Program-made: the position numbers and the translations under genes
Virus record (IMG/VR): IMGVR_UViG_3300044611_001420
Length of the DNA: 64,000 bases
DNA from: a virus
Strand: one strand, 5' to 3'
Notes under the pieces: generated by a model
The model's database searches: none
Seen by the model: only the letters and a program-made list of their open reading frames with translations
What the model was told of the DNA's origin: nothing
Shown: positions 50,115 through 56,263 of the stretch, one piece after another
Layout: every line of letters starts with the position of its first letter
Numbering within the stretch: position 1 is the stretch's first letter

Positions 50115-50216
50115 ATGACTTACCTTCATACACAATCTAAGAGTGATTATCGTCCCATTACCTGCTGGTTTATGGGCGAATCCCTCTTGGTTGCGAATAT
50201 GGTAAGTCAAAGTTAA
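50115..50216 (+). CDS. Putative leader peptide containing all 20 amino acids
   Basis: MTYLHTQSKSDYRPITCWFMGESLLVANMVSQS*; lies within alternative RNA stems upstream of a terminator. Confidence 0.7.
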   Translation: MTYLHTQSKSDYRPITCWFMGESLLVANMVSQS

Positions 50217-50239
50217 AAGAACAAACCATAAAAGCAATC

Positions 50240-50275
50240 AAGAGGGAGAATCCAAAAGGTTCTCCCTCTTTTTTT
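50240..50275 (+). terminator. Intrinsic terminator of putative attenuator
   Basis: AAGAGGGAGAATC-CAAAA-GGTTCTCCCTCTT followed by a T run. Confidence 0.9.
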
Positions 50276-50282
50276 ATGCCTT

Positions 50283-50435
50283 GTGCCACTTGTTCAACTG
50301 GTCGTATCATTTTCCGCTGGGGTCCAAACCCTGGTATATTACTTGAGTCGGTGGGGGAACGAGACCCCAAGTGCCTGGGACCACTTCTGGAACTGGCACA
50401 AACCACTTGCCCCGCAACGGGTTCCGTGGTATTCT
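50283..50435 (+). promoter_or_regulatory. Tandem dyad-type promoters for the tRNA array
   Basis: GTGCCACTT-GTTC-AACTGG with TATATT at 50335; GGACCACTT-CTGG-AACTGGCAC with TTGCCC-N17-TATTCT at 50430. Confidence 0.7.
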
Positions 50436-50440
50436 TAAGG

Positions 50441-50478
50441 GGTGGTTGAGAGACCACCAGCACCTTGACAACTGAATA
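50441..50478 (+). promoter_or_regulatory. rrn-like boxB/boxA antitermination signal
   Basis: GGTGGTT-GAGA-GACCACC hairpin, then GCACCTTGACAACTGAATA. Confidence 0.6.
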
Positions 50479-50492
50479 ATTACCACATTATT

Positions 50493-50564
50493 GGGACATT
50501 AACTCAGCGGTAGAGTATCCGGCTTTTAACCGGTTAGTCCTCGGTTCGAATCCGAGATGTCCCA
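50493..50564 (+). tRNA. tRNA-Lys(UUU)
   Basis: Cloverleaf; CT-TTT-AA loop. Confidence 0.92.
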
Positions 50565-50568
50565 TCGT

Positions 50569-50659
50569 GGGAGAGTGGCTACTGCTGGCAATATGTGTGG
50601 CTGCGGTCTGTAAAACCGTTACATAAGAACCATCGGGGGTTCAATTCCCTCCTCTCTCA
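50569..50659 (+). tRNA. tRNA-Tyr(GUA), enlarged D arm
   Basis: GCGGT-CTGTAAA-ACCGT. Confidence 0.8.
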
Positions 50660-50663
50660 CCTT

Positions 50664-50736
50664 GGCCTCTTAACTCAGCGGTTAGAGTGTCTGCCTGTCT
50701 AGCAGAAAGTCAGGGGTTCGAATCCCCTAGGGGTCG
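50664..50736 (+). tRNA. tRNA-Asp(GUC)
   Basis: TCTGC-CTGTCTA-GCAGA; G73. Confidence 0.92.
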
Positions 50737-50793
50737 TTGGAGATTTATCTCCATATTCCAGGTAATCTAACATTATTTTAGATTACTCTGCGT

Positions 50794-50865
50794 GGTCCCA
50801 TCATCTAAGGGTTAGGATACCAGATTTTCAATCTGGGCATACGGGTTCGAATCCCGTTGGGACTA
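50794..50865 (+). tRNA. tRNA-Glu(UUC)
   Basis: CCAGA-TTTTCAA-TCTGG. Confidence 0.92.
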
Positions 50866-50869
50866 CCTT

Positions 50870-50943
50870 GGGAACATAGCTCCAACTGGTAGAGCACAGG
50901 GCTGAAGACCTTGGTGTTGTCGGTTCGAATCCGACTGTTCCCA
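50870..50943 (+). tRNA. tRNA-Phe(GAA)
   Basis: CAGGG-CTGAAGA-CCTTG. Confidence 0.92.
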
Positions 50944-51064
50944 CTTGACCTTTATGGTCACGGAGATTCACTTCCTCCGTTATGAAACTTTGGTTGGTTA
51001 GTGATAGGTTTTTCAGTCCGAAAACTGAAACTGGTAGGTTGTTGATATCGACTCCTACCTTGAT

Positions 51065-51136
51065 GGAATCGTAGCTCAGTGGTAGAGCACTCGGCTGATA
51101 ACCGAGCGGTCACAAGTTCAAATCTTGTCGGTTCCA
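51065..51136 (+). tRNA. tRNA-Ile(GAU)
   Basis: CTCGG-CTGATAA-CCGAG. Confidence 0.95.
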
Positions 51137-51190
51137 TTGTTGTCTTGAAGCAACTTAAATCGCACTTAGGATGCTTCAAGACAACATTAA

Positions 51191-51279
51191 GGAAGTGTGG
51201 CAGAGTGGCTTATCGCAGAATCCTGCTAAGATTCCGTGTCAAGTAATTGGCACCGTTGGTTCAAATCCAACCACTTCCG
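51191..51279 (+). tRNA. tRNA-Ser(GCU)
   Basis: GAATC-CTGCTAA-GATTC; long variable arm; G73. Confidence 0.92.
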
Positions 51280-51281
51280 TT

Positions 51282-51366
51282 GGAGAGTTGTCCGAGTGGT
51301 TTATGGTGAGATCTTGGAAAGGTCTTGTGTGTAACAGCACCAGAGGTTCGAATCCTCTACTCTCCG
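51282..51366 (+). tRNA. tRNA-Ser(GGA)
   Basis: AGATC-TTGGAAA-GGTCT; long variable arm. Confidence 0.9.
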
Positions 51367-51368
51367 TT

Positions 51369-51440
51369 GGCAGTGTAGTTCAGTGGTAGAACAAGAGATT
51401 CATACCCTCTATGTCGGTAGTTCAATTCTACCCACTGCCT
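51369..51440 (+). tRNA. tRNA-Met(CAU)
   Basis: GGCAGTG/CACTGCC; TT-CAT-AC loop. Confidence 0.85.
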
Positions 51441-51441
51441 T

Positions 51442-51513
51442 GTGTCGTTAGCCTAGTGGTTAAGGCAGTAGTTTGTGGAACTACCTAGATGGGTTCAATT
51501 CTCATACGACACA
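51442..51513 (+). tRNA. tRNA-His(GUG)
   Basis: GTAGT-TTGTGGA-ACTAC; A73, upstream base T. Confidence 0.88.
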
Positions 51514-51555
51514 TTGAATTCTAATAAATAATGTTATTAGGGTTCAATTTTTAAA

Positions 51556-52095
51556 ATGAAACATCATCATCATATTATACCAAAACATATGGGAGGTTCT
51601 GATTCTACAGAAAACTTAATCGAATTGAGTATTACTCAACACGCAATGTTTCATTATTGTAATTGGAGATTGTGGGGTAAAGTAGAAGATGAATTGGCTT
51701 GGAGGGGGTTGGTAAAATATTTACCAAAAAAAGAAATTATTTCCAAACTTATTGCGGAAAGTAATAGAAATAGACCCCACTCCCAATTATCTAAAGATGT
51801 TAGTAGTAAACTTCTTAAGGAAAGGTGGAATGACCCAGAATTCAAAATAAAACAAATAGAATTATTGAGAAAAATGTCTCCTAATGCAAGATTGTTGGCT
51901 TGCACTCCTGATGCTATTGAAAAGAAAAAAAAGACATTACAGAGAATAGGACATCAACAAGGAGAAAAAAATTCTATGTATGGTAAAATGTGGATTACTG
52001 ATGGAACAAAAGAAGGTTCTTATCGAATAGATAAAAATCAAGATATTCCAGAAGGGTTTAGAAAAGGTAGAGTATTATCAAATCCCGCCCGATAA
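51556..52095 (+). mobile_element. HNH homing endonuclease in tRNA array
   Basis: HHIIPKHMGGSDSTENLIELS..QH...H; C-terminal KNSMYGKMWITDG...IPEGFRKGR. Confidence 0.85.
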
Positions 52096-52157
52096 GCATT
52101 GTGGTGATGCAGCAGTTTAGTAAACTGCAGAGAACAGTTCAATTCTGTTATTGGGCT
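52087..52157 (+). tRNA. tRNA-Thr(AGU)
   Basis: GCCCGAT/ATTGGGC; GCAGT-TTAGTAA-ACTGC; AACAG-TTCAATT-CTGTT. Confidence 0.8.
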
Positions 52158-52190
52158 CTTAACTATCTGGAAATTCCAGATAGTTCAAAT

Positions 52191-52264
52191 GTTCAGGTGG
52201 CAGAGTGGTCAAATGCGGAAGTCTGCAAAACTTCTTATCGTGGGTTCAAATCCCACCCTGAACT
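52191..52264 (+). tRNA. tRNA-Cys(GCA)
   Basis: GAAGT-CTGCAAA-ACTTC; U73. Confidence 0.92.
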
Positions 52265-52269
52265 CCTAA

Positions 52270-52341
52270 TCCAGAATCGACTAACTGGCAGGTCAGCACC
52301 CTTTGAAGGTGTACGTCTAGGTTCGAATCCTAGTTCTGGAA
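52270..52341 (+). tRNA. tRNA-Gln(UUG)
   Basis: U1-A72; GCACC-CTTTGAA-GGTGT. Confidence 0.9.
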
Positions 52342-52345
52342 CTAT

Positions 52346-52419
52346 GCCCGATTGATGGAATTGGTATACATACTTGCCTTAGAAGCAAGGTTTTACAGGT
52401 TCGAGTCCTGTATCGGGCA
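52346..52419 (+). tRNA. tRNA-Leu(UAG), short variable loop
   Basis: CTTGC-CTTAGAA-GCAAG; variable region only GTTTT. Confidence 0.88.
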
Positions 52420-52423
52420 CCTA

Positions 52424-52495
52424 GCAGGATTGGTGTAATTGGTAGCACGAGAGTCTCCAAAACTTTTAGTAGAAGTTCAAATCTTCTATCCTGTG
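52424..52495 (+). tRNA. tRNA-Trp(CCA)
   Basis: AGAGT-CTCCAAA-ACTTT; G73. Confidence 0.92.
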
Positions 52496-52499
52496 CCTT

Positions 52500-52573
52500 G
52501 TCCTCTTAACTCAGTGGAATAGAGTGCTTGGCTACGAACCAAGAAGTCGCAAGTTCGAATCTTGCAGAGGACG
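52500..52573 (+). tRNA. tRNA-Arg(ACG)
   Basis: CTTGG-CTACGAA-CCAAG. Confidence 0.93.
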
Positions 52574-52688
52574 TTGACTTTCCTTAGAAAGTCATATATA
52601 CTATTGATAGAGGTTAAGTCCCTGTTATATCCTTATGAGATATATCACACTTAATCCATCAAACACACAAACACACAGGAGTAAAAGA

Positions 52689-52892
52689 ATGTCACCTTAC
52701 GAACTACGATTTGAGATTTTTAAGCAAGCATATGCATTTGCTAACGATAAGTTTAGCATTGAATATGATACTGCCCGTTGTTGGAATGAAAATTCTATGA
52801 ATACGGTTAAGATGGATTATCCAGATTTTCCTACATATGAGTATATTGAGCAACTTGCAGAGAAAATCAACACTTTTGTAAGTTCTAAATGA
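52689..52892 (+). CDS. Small hypothetical protein within the tRNA array
   Basis: AGGAG RBS; MSPYELRFEIFKQAY...YPDFPT...AEKINTFVS; own promoter TTGACT-N17-TATACT at 52574. Confidence 0.75.
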   Translation: MSPYELRFEIFKQAYAFANDKFSIEYDTARCWNENSMNTVKMDYPDFPTYEYIEQLAEKINTFVSSK

Positions 52893-52931
52893 TAAAATAG
52901 GGTGATAACACCCTTTAAAGATAGATTATAA

Positions 52932-53018
52932 GGAAGGTCAATCCGATTGGTGACGGAACCGCTCTTGAAAAGCGTTGAGGTGTTAAAGCCCTTGGGAGTT
53001 CGACTCTCCCACCTTCCG
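52932..53018 (+). tRNA. tRNA-Ser(UGA)
   Basis: CGCT-CTTGAAA-AGCG; long variable arm; G73. Confidence 0.9.
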
Positions 53019-53039
53019 TTGCTTCTTATGAAGCATAAT

Positions 53040-53111
53040 GCCCTTGTAGCACAATGGTAGTGCATCTCACTTGTAATGAGAAGGTTGCAAGTTCAAATCT
53101 TGTCGGGGGCT
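53040..53111 (+). tRNA. tRNA-Thr(UGU)
   Basis: TCTCA-CTTGTAA-TGAGA. Confidence 0.93.
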
Positions 53112-53147
53112 TGACAGAATTTCGATTCTGTCTTACAATCAAATAAT

Positions 53148-53222
53148 GCGAAATTAATTCAGCGGTAGAATGTCTGCCTTCCAAGCAGAACGTCAGGAGT
53201 TCGAATCTCCTATTTCGCTCCA
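53148..53222 (+). tRNA. tRNA-Gly(UCC)
   Basis: TCTGC-CTTCCAA-GCAGA; encoded CCA. Confidence 0.93.
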
Positions 53223-53297
53223 GGGTGATTAACTCAGTGGTAGAGTTTCTCGTTTACACCGAGACAGTCGGGGGTTCGAATCCCTCATCACCCACCA
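53223..53297 (+). tRNA. tRNA-Val(UAC)
   Basis: TCTCG-TTTACAC-CGAGA; encoded CCA. Confidence 0.93.
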
Positions 53298-53371
53298 CGG
53301 GATGTAGCTCAACTTGGTAGAGTGCTTGATTTGGGTTCAAGATGTTGCAGGTTCAAATCCTGTCATCCCGA
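53298..53371 (+). tRNA. tRNA-Pro(UGG)
   Basis: C1-G72; CTTGA-TTTGGGT-TCAAG. Confidence 0.93.
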
Positions 53372-53410
53372 CTTGGAGAACTAAATATCTCCAAATACTA
53401 CAAATTCATT

Positions 53411-53566
53411 ATGTCCTTAATTTCACAAAGAGATAGAGAAGTTGTAATTGAAGCACTGGACTTTTATCTTTTCAATAAAAAATTTGATTTTACTGAAGAA
53501 AAAAGAATGGAGTTAAATTCACTTCTGAATTGGATTAAAATCGAATACAATAAGAATGAAAATTAA
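53411..53566 (+). CDS. Small hypothetical protein
   Basis: MSLISQRDREVVIEALDFY...; the tracked start lies inside tRNA-Pro. Confidence 0.6.
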   Translation: MSLISQRDREVVIEALDFYLFNKKFDFTEEKRMELNSLLNWIKIEYNKNEN

Positions 53567-53717
53567 TCTTTGGTACTGTAAAGAAATGAAGCAATGGAGA
53601 TGGACTTTATGTGAAGATTCTCGTCCAATTGTTAAACAAGAATCAGGACAAAGAGAAGATTTACGAGATGCTATGAATGACGTAGCAAATACTGTTGAGT
53701 ATTTAATGAATACTTGA
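53556..53717 (+). CDS. Small hypothetical protein (53 aa, below the track cutoff)
   Basis: MKINLWYCKEMKQWRWTL...QESGQREDLRDAMNDVANTVEYLMNT. Confidence 0.6.
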   Translation: MKINLWYCKEMKQWRWTLCEDSRPIVKQESGQREDLRDAMNDVANTVEYLMNT

Positions 53718-53726
53718 CATTCTTAT

Positions 53727-53798
53727 TCCCCTGTAGCTCAGCGGTAGAGTCGTCGGCTGTTAACCGATTTGTCGCAAGTTCGAATCTTGCCGGGGGAG
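53727..53798 (+). tRNA. tRNA-Asn(GUU)
   Basis: GTCGG-CTGTTAA-CCGAT; G73. Confidence 0.93.
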
Positions 53799-53821
53799 TT
53801 GGATATAAATTATCCAAATAT

Positions 53822-53896
53822 CGTGGGGAAGTGTAACGGTTGCACAGAAATCTCATAAGCTTCAGGTTGGTGGTTCGATTCCACCCCCCGCCACCA
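53822..53896 (+). tRNA. tRNA-Met(CAU), initiator-like acceptor end
   Basis: C1xC72 mismatch; CT-CAT-AA loop; encoded CCA. Confidence 0.8.
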
Positions 53897-53900
53897 AAAT

Positions 53901-53973
53901 GGGGGATTAGCTCAATTGGTAGAGCAGAGTCTTTGCAAGGCTAAGGTTAGGAGTTCGAGTCTCCTATCTTCCA
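53901..53973 (+). tRNA. tRNA-Ala(UGC)
   Basis: G3-U70; TT-TGC-AA loop. Confidence 0.93.
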
Positions 53974-54009
53974 CTTTACAAAAATCAGATTCTTTGATAC
54001 TATATAATA

Positions 54010-54235
54010 AGTTCAAGAGGATGTGACCTCTATATTCCAGGACATCGGGGCAGTACCGATTATCTCCATTTCTTGGGGATAAATTAGAATCGACTGGGGT
54101 TTATGTTGTATCTGTTGACGGGACAAAAAACAAACGCAAACAAAATTGTTGCATTCACTCGTCAGACTGCTTTAGTCTGACCTAAAATGAGTGAAGGGGG
54201 TTTGTAAGTTTCCTTCTGATCCAAAACTTGTACTG
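54010..54235 (+). ncRNA. ssrA: Circularly permuted (two-piece) tmRNA; outer ends approximate
   Basis: Acceptor piece ...GAC-ATCGG-GGCAGTA-CCGAT-TATCTCC-A (ends 54068), then coding piece GGGGATA...CGAC (starts 54075); G3-U70; tag frame 54136-54180 ANKIVAFTRQTALV*. Confidence 0.88.
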
Positions 54236-54237
54236 GA

Positions 54238-54293
54238 GGACACTTTATCAAGTGTCCTTTTTTTGCTTCAGGGGCACTGAGAGGTGCTATGAT
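54238..54293 (+). promoter_or_regulatory. Dyad promoter element (perfect palindrome copy)
   Basis: GGACACTT-TATC-AAGTGTCC; TATGAT at 54288. Confidence 0.7.
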
Positions 54294-54315
54294 TACTAGA
54301 TAAACAAAAAAATCA

Positions 54316-54897
54316 ATGTTTGAATCTCTTGTTCCTTTCATTAAAGAACGTCTCACTAAGCATCACGAACTTTATAGTGCTCAATGTAAAGCAGAACTCT
54401 GGGAAGAAAATCTTTGTTGGGCATTAAAACAGGCGGGTTTTGGTAGTGATTGGAAACCAGACTTCAATCATAAAAGTGGACTTGATCAAACTACAGACGA
54501 AGGTATTCGTATTGGCAATAAGGGAGGAAATGTAATTAAAAATATTGTTGAAATTAGTGGATCACGATTGACTAAACACAAAACAATTCAAGATAAACTC
54601 AATTTCTTGAGTATAAAAAAAGAGGATTATATTTTTTGTTTGGGTACTGAAAAGGATGAATGGAAAAAAGGAATCAAACGTTATTATTTCATTGTAATTA
54701 AGTCAGATATTCTTGATTATCATAATCAACTCTGGGAAGAAACCTATGGAAAACAAACAAATATTGGTCAACTTGTTGGATGGAAATGTTCTTCCGAAGT
54801 ATTTAATGCTAAAATTATCAGATCTAACTCTGATCAACTTTGGACAACTGTTAAATTAGATTACTGCGAAGAAATACATGACATTACTATTGGGTGA
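54316..54897 (+). CDS. Hypothetical protein, possible restriction endonuclease
   Basis: 193 aa, overlaps a methylase gene; GLDQ...IGNK resembles a degenerate PD-(D/E)xK site. Confidence 0.4.
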   Translation: MFESLVPFIKERLTKHHELYSAQCKAELWEENLCWALKQAGFGSDWKPDFNHKSGLDQTTDEGIRIGNKGGNVIKNIVEISGSRLTKHKTIQDKLNFLSIKKEDYIFCLGTEKDEWKKGIKRYYFIVIKSDILDYHNQLWEETYGKQTNIGQLVGWKCSSEVFNAKIIRSNSDQLWTTVKLDYCEEIHDITIG

Positions 54898-55639
54898 TTG
54901 TTTGGAAATTCTACCAACACTTGCAGATAATTCTGTAGATATGGTTTTGGTAGATTTACCGTATGGCACAACTGCTTGTAAATGGGATAGTATTATTCCT
55001 TTGAATAAGTTGTGGGAACAGTATCATAGAATTTGTAAAAAGAATGGGGCGATGGTATTCACTGCCGCTCAACCATTTACAACGATTCTTGCTGCTTCTA
55101 ACATAGAAAACTTTAGGTATGAATGGATTTGGGAAAAACCACAAGGAACTAATCCTATGAACGCAAAGGTGATGCCTTTGAAATCACATGAAAATATTTT
55201 GGTTTTTTATCGCACCAAACCCACATATAATCCTCAAATGTGGTATTCAACTCCTTATTCTGGTTTCTCATCAGAGACCAGCAAGATTGGTGAGGTTTAT
55301 GGTAAAGCACAGAGCAAGCATCGTGACAATCCAGATGGGTCAAGATATCCCAAAACGATACTTAAGTTTAAGCAAGAGAAGGGATTGCATCCAACACAGA
55401 AACCAGTAGAATTGATGGAATACTTGATTAAAACATACACCAATGAAGGTGACACCGTGTTGGACAATACAATGGGAAGTGGGTCTACTGGTGTTGCTGC
55501 AGTTCGTTGTAAAAGAAATTTTATTGGTATTGAAATGGATTCTGAGTATTATCAAGTTGCTGAAAAACGGATACAAGAAACTGTGCTAGTTTCTGAACTG
55601 GCACACAATACCTCCAATGCCCTTGCAGACCTGCTATAA
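54878..55639 (+). CDS. N4-cytosine/N6-adenine DNA methyltransferase (beta class)
   Basis: GDCLE, DLPYG, HPTQKPVEL, VLDNTMGSGSTG. Confidence 0.92.
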   Translation: MTLLLGDCLEILPTLADNSVDMVLVDLPYGTTACKWDSIIPLNKLWEQYHRICKKNGAMVFTAAQPFTTILAASNIENFRYEWIWEKPQGTNPMNAKVMPLKSHENILVFYRTKPTYNPQMWYSTPYSGFSSETSKIGEVYGKAQSKHRDNPDGSRYPKTILKFKQEKGLHPTQKPVELMEYLIKTYTNEGDTVLDNTMGSGSTGVAAVRCKRNFIGIEMDSEYYQVAEKRIQETVLVSELAHNTSNALADLL

Positions 55640-55663
55640 TACAAAGGTAATCAACGGAAATCT

Positions 55664-56068
55664 ATGGCAACACGTTCTCGAATTGGAATCCAACTTTCTG
55701 ATGAGTCTGTTCTCTCTGTGTATCATCATTGGGACGGGATGCCTTCTTGGTTGGGTCGTATTCTGAATACTCACTACAATACCAGAGAGAAAGTTGCAGA
55801 ACTGATTGATGGTGGTGATATGAGTTCTTGCTGGACTGATACTCCATTTAATTATGATGGAACTCCATCTGAGTATGGTCCTAATTATTACTCTTATCGT
55901 GGTGATGATTGTCCTCCTCGGCACGATGCAAATAAGTATGATTATCTTGCCGAGGGTGAAGAGTATGCCTATCTCTACACTCTGAATGATGAGTGGGTAT
56001 GTTATGCTCTTAATGAGAATGATTATCCCACAGTTGTTGAAATTCCTTCTGGTGCCCTTGCGGTTTGA
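55664..56068 (+). CDS. Conserved phage hypothetical protein
   Basis: MATRSRIG...YHHWDG.P...EEYAYL; dyad promoter at 55583-55640. Confidence 0.75.
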   Translation: MATRSRIGIQLSDESVLSVYHHWDGMPSWLGRILNTHYNTREKVAELIDGGDMSSCWTDTPFNYDGTPSEYGPNYYSYRGDDCPPRHDANKYDYLAEGEEYAYLYTLNDEWVCYALNENDYPTVVEIPSGALAV

Positions 56069-56071
56069 TAT

Positions 56072-56263
56072 ATGAAAACTTCTACTGCTCTTGGTGTTGC
56101 TTTTGGTGCGATTGTTTTTGCAGTTGTCTTCCTATTCTTTGAAGCATGGTTGCTTGGACTGATTCTGTCTTGGTTTAATGTTTCTTTGACTATTTGGCAA
56201 AATCTTGCTATTGTAGTTCTTGCTAATATGATTTTCAAAAACACTGGAGTCTCTTCAAAATGA
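56072..56263 (+). CDS. Small membrane protein
   Basis: Two hydrophobic helices. Confidence 0.6.
   Translation: MKTSTALGVAFGAIVFAVVFLFFEAWLLGLILSWFNVSLTIWQNLAIVVLANMIFKNTGVSSK

Noticed and set aside
50465-50495. TTGACA at 50465 as a -35 box
   Set aside because: No good -10 at 17 nt, and any start would fall inside tRNA-Lys; the context fits boxA better.
46563-53018. Stop-codon reassignment, suppressor or selenocysteine tRNA
   Set aside because: No CUA, UUA or UCA anticodon was found. Anticodons written TGA, TAG and TAA read Ser and Leu codons, and genes end normally at all three stops.
50170-54356. Tracked ORFs over the RNA region (50170-, 50958-, 51171+, 52101+, 52817-, 53671-, 54162-) and 47460-
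   Set aside because: They overlap tRNAs, tmRNA, promoters or the intron and have no protein-like features.
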